A stretch of 64,000 bases of DNA, taken from positions 2,890,699 through 2,954,698 of the forward strand of contig OZ254962.1 of the NCBI GenBank assembly GCA_965276005.1, given 5' to 3'. Of this stretch, positions 19,947 through 31,400 are shown piece by piece. The notes beneath the pieces are model-generated. The model was not told the origin of the DNA and searched no databases. It saw only the letters and a list, made by a program, of their open reading frames with translations. Position 1 is the stretch's first letter. Every line of letters begins with the position of its first letter. This DNA comes from Alphaproteobacteria bacterium (GTDB lineage: Bacteria > Pseudomonadota > Alphaproteobacteria > JAQWUY01). Both the position numbers and the translations under genes were made by a program.

Positions 19947-19966
19947 GGGGCTGTACTAGATACCTT
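19947..19966. mobile_element. Solo IS1016-type terminal repeat
   Basis: GGGGCTGTACTAGATA, similar to the other IS1016-group TIRs; no transposase follows. Confidence 0.55.
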
Positions 19967-20025
19967 ATATGTTGATAATATCTATATAAATGGATTAAGT
20001 TTTATCTCTTTTAATGTATATAGAT

Positions 20026-20057
20026 GATGCAGAGTGTGTATACACACACTCTGCATC
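20026..20057. repeat. Perfect 14-bp inverted repeat, candidate att/recombinase binding site
   Basis: GATGCAGAGTGTGT-atac-ACACACTCTGCATC. Confidence 0.8.
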
Positions 20058-20176
20058 GGGTCAGAACATCGGGCATGACTTTAGCCACAGAAATAAAAAC
20101 AGGCAACCGCCGCATCATAGAATACATTCTGTCCCCATTGGTAAAAACGGTAGATGAGTCGTTTAAAGAAAGGTGA
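20057..20176 (+). pseudogene. 3' end fragment of a HlyD-family type I secretion adaptor gene
   Basis: Reads TSGMTLATEIKTGNRRIIEYILSPLVKTVDESFKER*, matching the HlyD C-terminal pattern PGM...EIKTG.R..IEY.LSP......E...ER. Confidence 0.8.
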
Positions 20177-20196
20177 TGATGGAACCGTCGCTTTTT

Positions 20197-21633
20197 TTAA
20201 TGTAGCATATGCAAATTCATAGCAATGGCTTGCCGGTCGATTTCGTATGTAAAGTCGTATTTTGTGGTGTCTCTTATGCCTGTCCGTTTGGCATAGACAT
20301 TTTTTACGAAAATCTGCATAACCGATACGGCGTTTGGGTCTTTTCTATCCATAGCATAGGCTTTTAATGCCCATTCTAATCGGGCAATGATTTTTTGTAT
20401 ATCTATTATTTTGTATTCTGTATGAGACTGGATATATGCTAAGTATTCGTCGAACGATTTTACCCTAAATATTTTGGATACCATATCCGTTCGCATTTTT
20501 TCAAAACTTGGGCGGTTGACAGTAACGCTCTGTTGTATCTGTGCTCTTGCCCATTCGGGATTGCTGTTTAGGTCGTGCATGATACATCTAAACACATCGT
20601 CAGTCAACGGATTTAGACGGATCCATTTGTCTGCTGTACATGCTTTCATGTTTGATTTATGTAAGTTGCGACATAGTAGATAGCGATAAACTTCTATTCC
20701 TTGTTTTCCTTTGCGGGAGTGAGCAATATTCATACAATTGCCACATTCTGCACAAATGACCTTTTTGTACAAAGGGTATGGCATGCCGTGCCGTGTACGG
20801 TTTACCTTTTCTTTTTTGGGCTGTGCTTGTTGCCAAGTTTTATTATTGACGATGCGATATTCTGGACAGTTGAGAACGGTTTGGTCTTGTTTAGGTACTC
20901 CGATATATTCAATTTTACCTGTCATGGGGTTACGGACTCTACGAGTTGCCCCCCAAATCAAAATGCCCTTGTATATGGGTTTTTTAATTATATAACGAAT
21001 GTGGTTGGGTGTCCATTTATACTTGCTACGGTATGCAATGGGCTGGTTTGGTTTATTGAGTATATCGGCGACTTGCCGGTTAGACAGTCCCTCAATTTTC
21101 ATGGTAAAAACCCATTTAACAATTTGTGCTTCTGCTTTGTTTATAGACCAAGTTTTATCGTCATTTTGAGTATAGCCAAATACTGTGGACATGGGGGGTG
21201 TTTTGCGTTTTAGTGCTGCATGCTGTCCCCTTCGCACATTTTGTTTTAATGCACTCAGATAATTTTCAGATGTATAGCCTTGCAATGTAACATTCATCTC
21301 ATTTATTTCTTGTTCTTGCAGACTATAAATCTTAATATCTAAATATTTAAAGATTTTGTATAGTTGTATCATTTCGGCTTGATCCCGATATATGCGGTCT
21401 TGACTTGCCACTACGAGCATATCAAACATACGATTTTTAGCATCTGCGACCATTTCCTGTAATGCAGGACGGTTTGGGTCTGCACCGGACAACCCATCGT
21501 CATGATAGGTTTTTACCAGCATCCCATCATTGCGGTATGTGATATATTTTTGGCACAGATCGATCTGATCTGCTGATGACATAGGATTTTGTTTATCAGA
21601 ACTAAAACGGGCGTAAATAGTGTATTTTTTCAT
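20197..21633 (-). CDS. Large serine recombinase (integrase)
   Basis: YARFSS catalytic Ser, DDGLSG..RPALQEM, DRIYR, recombinase domain (INKAEAQIVKWVF, PIYKG) and zinc ribbon CAECGNCM..YLLC. Confidence 0.93.
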   Translation of the reverse strand: MKKYTIYARFSSDKQNPMSSADQIDLCQKYITYRNDGMLVKTYHDDGLSGADPNRPALQEMVADAKNRMFDMLVVASQDRIYRDQAEMIQLYKIFKYLDIKIYSLQEQEINEMNVTLQGYTSENYLSALKQNVRRGQHAALKRKTPPMSTVFGYTQNDDKTWSINKAEAQIVKWVFTMKIEGLSNRQVADILNKPNQPIAYRSKYKWTPNHIRYIIKKPIYKGILIWGATRRVRNPMTGKIEYIGVPKQDQTVLNCPEYRIVNNKTWQQAQPKKEKVNRTRHGMPYPLYKKVICAECGNCMNIAHSRKGKQGIEVYRYLLCRNLHKSNMKACTADKWIRLNPLTDDVFRCIMHDLNSNPEWARAQIQQSVTVNRPSFEKMRTDMVSKIFRVKSFDEYLAYIQSHTEYKIIDIQKIIARLEWALKAYAMDRKDPNAVSVMQIFVKNVYAKRTGIRDTTKYDFTYEIDRQAIAMNLHMLH

Positions 21634-21814
21634 AGTACCACTCTAAAATAAAAATGTTAATGTTGCGAATTGAAAATAAATGTTTTTTTTCAACCGGCTC
21701 AGTTGATTTTTTCAAGGTTCTTTGCAAGCGATGCAACGCTTTTTTTAACAACTGCTATTGCAAGTGTGGTATATATTGACTGCATATAACTTGATTTCAG
21801 AAAGGATTTTCATT

Positions 21815-22087
21815 ATGCACAAGAGCGAATTAACAGAAGCAGTAGCGACTAGTACTGGTATGAGCAAATCGGATTCGGTGAAGGCAATTGATGCGGTATT
21901 TGCGTCTATCACTTTTGCCCTTAAACAGGGCGAGGAAGTCCGCCTAATCGGCTTTGGTACATTTACCACTGTCCGCCGTCCCGCCAGAACAGGTTGCAAC
22001 CCCCGTACAGGCGAAACAGTAGTCATTCCTGCTGCTACACTCCCTAAATTCAAAGCAGGTAAGGGTCTAAAAGATGCTGTAAATTAA
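21815..22087 (+). CDS. hup: HU family DNA-binding protein
   Basis: MHKSELTEAVA..VRLIGFGTF..RTGCNPRTGETVVIPA..PKFKAGKGLKDAVN, 90 aa. Confidence 0.95.
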   Translation: MHKSELTEAVATSTGMSKSDSVKAIDAVFASITFALKQGEEVRLIGFGTFTTVRRPARTGCNPRTGETVVIPAATLPKFKAGKGLKDAVN

Positions 22088-22102
22088 AATACCGAACAAT
22101 AT

Positions 22103-22128
22103 AAGGCGGTCGTCTGATTGCCTTTTTA
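22103..22128 (+). terminator. Intrinsic terminator after hup
   Basis: aaggcggtc-gtct-gattgcctt followed by a T run. Confidence 0.65.
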
Positions 22129-22479
22129 CCCTGTGGTTTTGGGGATGGGGTACGCTATACTCATAAGTCGTACAGTTATTGCCTTGACTATTATTCTTTA
22201 CATGCCACCCTGCATCAGGGGCTTGGGTATTAGTGCCATCTTTACCTGTACCCTTCCTAGATCGGCTCGCCCCAATAGGGGGCACATCGGCTGTGTGGAT
22301 ACGACCCCCAACCTAATAATATTTTGCTGTTTTTCTACTTGCATTGTGTTGTAATATATGTTATAAAGCGTGCACCTAATATTTTATATTTGCATAATGA
22401 TTTTAGATGTAGTATGCGTCATCTTTTGTGTGTATAGCGTGCAAATTTTTTAATTCGGTTTGTTAGGGAGAGATAAACA

Positions 22480-25400
22480 ATGAACTGTAAATCTATTAAA
22501 TTCGGCTTGTTGGCTGTAACTTCGTTGTGTGCTGGTGGCACGATTTTTGCGAACAATTTACCACAGGGCGGCGTGGTGCAAGAAGGTGCCGCTAGTCTCA
22601 AATATGCTGGGGGGGGGGGGGGGGTATATTCTCACCATCGATCAGCAATCGGATAAGGCGGTTATCGATTGGCACAGCTTTTCTGTGGGCAAAGATAACA
22701 CCGTAAACTTTAACCAACCCAGTGGCGACTCGGCAACTTTAAATCGGGTTACGGGGGATTTTACTTCTGAGATTGCTGGGCGGATTAACGCTAATGGCAG
22801 TGTGTTTTTGGTCAATCCCAACGGTATCATGGTTACCAAAGATGGGGTTATCGACACGGGTGGTTTTGTCGCCTCGACTCTCGACATCGACAATGATGAT
22901 TTTCTCAATGGTGATTATGCGTTTACCAAAAGCGGTGCCAATGGCGTTGTTTCGAATCGGGGGCATATTTCGGTCGATGATGGTGGTTTTGTGGCGTTGT
23001 TGGGTGGGGCGGTCAAAAATAATGGTACGGTTCGAGCTCTTGTGGGTAAAGTGGGTTTTGCTGGTGGCGAAAAGATTGTTATGTCGTTTGGCAACAATGA
23101 TTTTTTACGGGTCGAAGTGCCTACGGACACATGGGATAAACTCACTGATTCGCAAGGCAACAAAGTTGCGGCTACTATCGACTTAGGTGGCAAGGTCGAC
23201 TCCCGGGGCGGATTTGTCGACATAACCATAGCCGATGCCTCCGATATTCTTCGCCAGACTATATCGATCGATGGGATTGTATCGGCAAATACTGTGTCTT
23301 CGACCGATGGGTTTATATCGATCAGTGGTGGTACGGTGGGCATTACTGGCAACGGGCGAATCACCGCTGATGCGGACTATGGCACCGCCGGCACTATTGC
23401 CATCGATGCAGATACCATCGACAGCAGCGGTACCGTGTCTGCAGTGGCACAAAACGGCAGCGGCGGCACGGTTAAAGTATCCCTACAACACGGGGCAAAC
23501 CTAAACGCCAGTACTCGTTTCGATGTGTCGGGAAAAACCAAAGGCGGCAGCCTGTCGTTTATTGGTGGTTTGGACAAGATCGGTACAAAAGTATTAGGCT
23601 CTGCGGATTTTAAAGCCGACAGTACGGATGGTACAGGCGGCACTATCGACATCAGCAACAAAGGCGGCTTGGTGGGGCTGTTGTCCGGCACTGTATCCGC
23701 AGCGGGCAAAACTCGAGGCGGACGGATTCGTCTAGGCGGGGCGTTTCAAGGTGGGGGGTATGACCCGAAAACCAGTGCTCTCGATACCAAAACCCAAGAC
23801 CTATTTGTAAATCGTTGGGGGGATAATAGTTCCCTTGTTAGTGCCGGCAAAACTTCACTAGGCACGGGCGTAACTGTGATCGTATCGTCTGCATTGGGTA
23901 CAGGCGGCACAGCGATTGTATGGGCGGATCACACCACTAACAACTATGCGGCTATCGATGCCACTGGTGCCACTGGTGGCGGAGCGGTGGAAATATCTGG
24001 TAAAAAACAAGTCGACAGTTTTGGTTTAGGACGGGTCAAAGCAAATAACGGGGTTATTTTGCTCGACCCGAAAAATGTGGTGATTAGCAAGTTCTCTGGC
24101 GGCTTTGCACAGGCAAAAAAGATTGCCCATGGCGTTGGTCTTTCAGGTAGTAGCGTTTCTTTGGATGATTATGATAGTTTTGGTCGTAATGTATCGTTAA
24201 GCGGTGATGGGACGAAGTTGGCTGTCGGGGCTACGGGTGATGACGATGGGGGTAGTACTCGAGGGGCGGTGTATCTGTTCATTGTTGGCGGATCCAGTTG
24301 GGGCAAAACGGTAACGCAAGCGGTAAAACTTTCTGATTACCATGCCAGTGTTTCTTTGGATAGTATGGATTATTTTGGTAGTGGTGTATCGTTAAGCGGT
24401 GATGGGACGAAGTTGGCTGTCGGGGCGTCCCGTGATGACGATGGGGCTAATTCTTACCGTGCAGATCGAGGGGCGGTGTATCTGTACACTGTGGGCGGAT
24501 CCAGTTGGGGCAGAACGGTAACGCAAGCGGTAAAACTTTCTAATAACCATGCCAGTGTTTCTTTGGATGATAAGGATTATTTTGGTAGTGGTGTATCGTT
24601 AAGCGGTGATGGAACGAAGTTGGCTGTCGGGGCTTGGGGTGATGACGATGGGGGTAGTAACCAACATGCAAATCGAGGGGCGGTGTATCTGTACACTGTG
24701 GGCGGATCCAGTTGGGGCAGAACGGTAACGCCAGCGGTAAAACTTTCTGATAGCCATGCCGGTATTTCTTTGGATAATAGTGATGGGTTTGGTAGTGGTG
24801 TATCGTTAAGCGGTGATGGGACGAAGTTGGCTGTCGGGGCTTGGGGTGATGACGATGGGGGTTTTGGTCGAGGGGCGGTGTATCTGTACACTGTCGGCGG
24901 TTCTGGTGCCACATGGGGCAATACGGTAACGCAAGCGGTAAAACTCTCTGGTAGCCCTGCTGGTGTTTCTTTGGATGATGATGATAGGTTTGGTAGTAGT
25001 GTATCGTTAAGCGGTGATGGGACGAAGTTGGCTGTCGGGGCTTATGGTGATGACGATGGGGGTACCGATCGAGGGGCGGTGTATTTGTACACTGTGGGCG
25101 GATCCAGTTGGGGCAGTACGGTAACGCCAGCGGTAAAACTTTCTGGTAGCCATGCCAGTATTTCTTTGGATGACAAGGATTATTTTGGTAGTGGTGTATC
25201 GTTAAGCGGTGATGGGACGAAGTTGGCTGTCGGGGCTAGGGGTGATGACGGTGGGGGTACCGATCGAGGGGCGGTGTATTTGTACACTGTCGGCGGTTCT
25301 GGTGCCACATGGGGCAATACGGTAACGCAAGCGGTAAAACTCTCTAGCCCTGCTGGTGTTTCTTTGGATTGGAATGATCGTTTTGGTAGTAGTGTATCGT

Positions 25401-28400
25401 TAAGCGCTGATGGGACGAAGTTGGCTGTCGGGGCTATGTATGATGACGATGGGGGTAGGGATCGAGGGGCGGTGTATCTGTACACTGTCGGCGGATCCAG
25501 TTGGGGCAAAACGGTAACGCAAGCGGTAAAACTTTCTGATAGCCATGCCAGTGTTTCTTTGGATGATGATGATGAGTTTGGTTATAGTGTATCGTTAAGC
25601 GATGATGGGACGAAGTTGGCTGTCGGGGCTACTGGTGATGGCGATGGGGGTGATTATAATCAGTATCGTGGTCGAGGAGCGGTGTATCTGTACACTGTCG
25701 GCGGTTCTGGTGCCACATGGGGCAGTACGGTAACGCAAGCGGTAAAACTTTCTTATAGCCGTTTTTCTCATGCCAGTGTTTCTTTGGATTATAATGATGA
25801 TTTTGGTAGTGGTGTATCGTTAAGCGGTGATGGGACGAAGTTGGCTGTCGGGGCTACGGGTGATGACGATGGGGGTGATTATAATCAGTATCGTGGTCGA
25901 GGAGCGGTGTATCTGTACACTGTGGGCGGATCCAATTGGGGCAGAACGGTAACGCAAGCGGTAAAACTTTCTGATAGCCATGCCAGTGTTTCTTTGGATA
26001 ATGGTGATGGGTTTGGTAGTGGTGTATCGTTAAGCGGTGATGGGACGAAGTTGGCTGTCGGGGCTACGGGTGATGACGATGGGGGTACCGATCGAGGGGC
26101 GGTGTATCTGTACACTGTGGGCGGATCCAGTTGGGGCAAAACGGTAAAGCAAGCGGTAAAACTTTCTGATAGCCATGCCAGTGTTTCTTTGGATGATAAG
26201 GATTATTTTGGTTATAGTGTATCGTTAAGCGGTGATGGGACGAAGTTGGCTGTCGGGGCGTACAGTAATGACGATGGGGGTTCTGATCGAGGGGCGGTGT
26301 ATCTGTACACTGTGGGCGGATCCAGTTGGGGCAGAACGGTAACGCAAGCGGTAAAACTTTCTAATAACCATGCCAGTGTTTCTTTGGATGATAAGGATTA
26401 TTTTGGTAGTGGTGTATCGTTAAGCGGTGATGGAACGAAGTTGGCTGTCGGGGCTTGGGGTGATGACGATGGGGGTGGTAATCGAGGGGCGGTGTATCTG
26501 TACACTGTGGGCGGATCCACATGGGGCAAAACGGTAATGCAAGCGGTAAAACTTTCTGATGCTTCTTCTTCGGATCATGGTGATTATTTTGGTAGTGGTG
26601 TATCGTTAAGCGGTGATGGGACGAAGTTGGCTGTCGGGGCTAGGGGGGATGACGATGGGGGAGTTGGTCGAGGGGCGGTGTATCTGTACACTGTCGGCGG
26701 TTCTGGTGCCACATGGGGCAGTACAGTAACGCAAGCGGTAAAACTTTCTGATAGACCTGCCGGTGTTTCTTTGGATAATGGGGATATTTTTGGTAGTAGT
26801 GTATCGTTAAGCAGTGATGGGACGAAGTTGGCTGTCGGGGCTTATGGTGATGACGATGGGGGTTCTGAGCGGGGGGCGGTGTATCTGTACACTGTCGGCG
26901 GTTCTGGTGCCACATGGGGCAGTACGGTAACGCAAGCGGTAAAACTTTCTGATAGCCATGCCAGTGTTTCTTTGGATGATGATGATGAGTTTGGTTATAG
27001 TGTATCGTTAAGCGGTGATGGGACGAAGTTGGCTGTCGGGGCTCCTAATGATGACGATGGGGCAGGTAATTCAGGGGCGGTGTATCTGTACACTGTGGGC
27101 GGATCCAGTTGGGGCAAAACGGTAAAGCAAGCGGTAAAACTTTCTGATAGCCATGCCAGTGTTTCTTTGGATGATTGGGATGGGTTTGGTAGTGGTGTAT
27201 CGTTAAGCGGTGATGGGACGAAGTTGGCTGTCGGGGCTATGTATGATGACGATGGGGGTTCTTGGCGAGGGGCGGTGTATCTGTGCACTGTGGGCGGATC
27301 CAGTTGGGGTAAAACGGTAACGCAAGCGGTAAAACTTTCTGATAGCCATGCCAGTGTCTCTTTGGATGGTGGGGATGATTTTGGTAGTAGTGTATCGTTA
27401 AGCAGTGATGGGACGAAGTTGGCTGTCGGGGCTTATGAGGATGACGATGGGGCAGATGATTCAGGGGCGGTGTATCTGTACACTGTCGGCGGATCCAGTT
27501 GGGGTAAAACGGTAACGCAAGCGGTAAAACTTTCTGATAGCCATGCCAGTGTTTCTTTGGATGATGATGATAGGTTTGGTAGTAGTGTATCGTTAAGCAG
27601 TGATGGGACGAAGTTGGCTGTCGGGGCTACTGGTGATGACGATGGGGCATATGATTCAGGGGCGGTGTATCTGTACACTGTCCCCAGTAGTAACCTAGCA
27701 GGCATCAAACAAAAATTAGAAGCGGATAATACAGGCGTTACAGTTGTTGCCAGCAACGATATTACTATACAGGATGATTTAGATACATTAAGGGACTCAG
27801 TGGGTGGGACAGGTAAATTAACCCTAATCGCCGGGCGATCAGTTATAATTAATGCCGATGTGAAAATAAAAGGGGGGCTTGTAATAAAAGCCAATGACGC
27901 CAGCGATAGTGGCTTTGTTTTAAACGATCGGAACACAGGCAAAGCAGAAATCACCGTTGCCGCAAATAAAACCATATCCGGGGGTGATGATGATCTGATT
28001 ATCAAAATGCTTACAGGCAAGATCGGCGGTGCCGCCAACAAAAAGCAAACGGGCAAAATCATTGTGTGGAAAGCGGACGGTAAACGGGTTAGCATTATAC
28101 ACAACGGAAGTACAACAACAGGGGCAACCCCATCCGATTCGGAAATTGTTATTCTTAGCGGTGGCGAAATAAAAGCTACAGGCGACTATAACACAGGCAA
28201 TGTAGTTATCGAACTAAAAGCAGATAAATTTACCAACCAATCGGGTAGCAGTGCTTTAAATGTGGCTGATAGCGGCTCTGGTAATGATAACACAGCAGGA
28301 CGGTACCTAGTATGGGCTGCCACCCCCAAAGATAACACTATGGGCGGTATAAATGGCTATGGTTTTGTCACTTTTAACGAGACATATTCTGGCAACACGG

Positions 28401-31400
28401 ATTTTAAAGCAAATACTGCTGTTGGCTCTGATGGTGATACTTCGCATACCAACACAACAACAAAACACGGTTTCATATACAGTGCCAATCCTACATTGGC
28501 AATAACCGCAACAGGCAACACCAAAGTATATGACGGTACTTCCGCCCATCCAACAAATGCTTCGTTTGACTTTAAAACACAAAACGGCGGTGTTAGTGGC
28601 TTGAAGTTTAAAATAGGTCAATTTTCAACCAACCCGACCAATGTACAATCTAATTTTAAAGGTACATTTACAACAAATCCCACAGGAAAATTTTACAACG
28701 GCAATGTGGAGCAGAAAAATGTGGGCAAAAACTTAACCCTAAAATTCGCAGGACGCACCATAACATATGTGGACGGCAACAATGTACCCGCATATGGTTT
28801 AACACCCGCCCCCGCCATAGACGATGTAACCGGTGCATCGATTACTCCAAGACCTTTAACGGTATCGGCGACTCCGACCAATCGTGTATACAACGGCTCG
28901 ACATCGGTGGCATACACTGGTGCAGCTATTAGCGGCTGGGCGGCGAGTGAAGGTGCAGGCAAGGGTATTAGCGATGTGTTTAACGGCACCTTGACGGCAA
29001 CAGCAGCCAGCAAAGATGCAGGTACCCGTGTTGTAACCTTAGGCGGATTGACGGGTTTAAAAACAGCATATGCAACAAACTATAAGTTTGACTTTACCAA
29101 TGCGGCGGCTGATTATGACAACACCAAGTCAATCACCATCACCAAAAAAACCTTAAAAGTCGGTGCCACATACGCTAACCGTGTATATAATGGTTCGACA
29201 GATGTGGTTAATCAAGCAACAGTAACTATTAGCGGCTGGGCGGCGAGTGAAGGTGCAGGCAAGGGTATTAGCGATGTATTTAACGGCACCTTGACGGCAA
29301 CAGCAGCCAACAAAGATGTAGGTACCCGTGTTGTAACCTTAGGCGGATTGACGGGTTTAAAAACAGCATACGCAACAAACTATAAGTTTGACTTTACCAA
29401 TGCGGCGGCTGATTATGACAACACCAAGTCAATCACCATCACCAAAAAAACCTTAAAAGTCGGTGCCACATACGCTAACCGTGTATATAATGGTTCGACA
29501 GATGTGGTTAATCAAGCAACAGTAACTATTAGCGGCTGGGCGGCGAGTGAAGGTGCAGGCAAGGGTATTAGCGATGTGTTTAACGGCACCTTGACGGCAA
29601 CAGCAGCCAACAAAGATGTAGGTACCCGTGTTGTAACCTTAGGCGGATTGACGGGTTTAAAAACAGCATACGCAACAAACTATAAGTTTGACTTTACCAA
29701 TGCGGCGGCTGATTATGACAACACCAAGTCAATCACCATCACCAAAAAAACCTTAAAAGTCGGTGCCACATACGCTAACCGTGTATATAATGGTTCGACA
29801 GATGTGGTTAATCAAGCAACAGTAACTATTAGCGGCTGGGCGGCGAGTGAAGGTGCAGGCAAGGGTATTAGCGATGTATTTAACGGCACCTTGACGGCAA
29901 CAGCAGCTAACTAACCCGTGTAACCTTAGGCGGATTGACGGGTTTAAAAACAGCATACGCAACACTATAAGTTTGACTTTACCAATGCGGTAACCATCAC
30001 CAAAAAAACCTTAAGTCGGTGCCACATACGCTAACCGTGTATATAATGGTTCGACAGATGTGGTTAATCAAGCAACAGTAACTATACGCGAGTGAAGGTA
30101 ACATGTATTTAACGGCATATACCCGTGTTGTAACCTTAGGCGGATTGACGGGTTTAAAAACAGCATACGCAACATGACTTTACCAATGCGGCGGCTGATT
30201 ATGACAACACCAAGTCAATCACCATCACCAAAAAAACCTTAAAAGTCGGTGCCACATACGCTAACCGTGTATATAATGGTTCGACAGATGTGGTTAATCA
30301 AGCAACAGTAACTATTAGCGGCTGGGCGGCGAGTGAAGGTGCAGGCAAGGGTATTAGCGATGTATTTAACGGCACCTTGACGGCAACAGCAGCCAACGAT
30401 GTAGGTACCCGTGTTGTAACCTTAGGCGGATTGAAGGTGCAGGCAAGGGTATTCACCATCACCAAAAAAACCTTGTATACGCTAACCGTGTAAATGGTTC
30501 GACAGATGTGGTTAATCAAGCAACAGTAACTATTAGCGGCTGGGCAACAGCAGCACCTTGACGGCAACAGCCAACAAAGATGTAGGTACCCGTGTTGTAA
30601 CCTTAGGCGGATTGACGGGTTTGTGCAACAAACTATAAGGCGGCGGCTGACACCAAGTCAATCACCATCACCAAAAAAACCTTAAAAGTCGGTGCCACAT
30701 ACGCTAACCGTGTATATAATGGTTCGACAGACGGGTTTAAGCCAACAAAGATGTAGGTACCCGTGTTGTAACAGATTGACGGGTTGCGGATTGACGGGTT
30801 TAAAAACAGCATATGCAACAAACTATAAGTTTGACTTTACCAATGCGGCGGCTGATTATGACAACACCAAGTCAATCACCATCACCAAAAAAACCTTAAA
30901 AGTCGGTGCCACATACGCTAACCGTGTATATAATGGTTCGACAGATGTGGTTAATCAAGCAACAGTAACTATTAGCGGCTGGGCGGCGAGTGAAGGTGCA
31001 GGCAAGGGTATTAGCGATGTATTTAACGGCACCTTGACGGCAACAGCAGCCAACAAAGATGTAGGTACCCGTGTTGTAACCTTAGGCGGATTGACGGGTT
31101 TAAAAACAGCATATGCAACAAACTATAAGTTTGACTTTACCAATGCGGCGGCTGATTATGACAACACCAAGTCAATCACCATCACCAAAAAAACCTTAAA
31201 AGTCGGTGCCACATACGCTAACCGTGTATATAATGGTTCGACAGATGTGGTTAATCAAGCAACAGTAACTATTAGCGGCTGGGCGGCGAGTGAAGGTGCA
31301 GGCAAGGGTATTAGCGATGTATTTAACGGCACCTTGACGGCAACAGCAGCCAACAAAGATGTAGGTACCCGTGTTGTAACCTTAGGCGGATTGACGGGTT

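Noticed and set aside
22125-22155. About 25-nt minus-strand similarity to the IS5 transposase 3' end (ccccaaaaccacagggt)
   Set aside because: Too short and isolated to call an IS remnant without a search.
22529-22608. ORF-track start MLVARFLR... for the adhesin
   Set aside because: Artefact of the G16 frameshift; the real signal peptide starts at ATG 22480 in another frame, as the paralogue shows.
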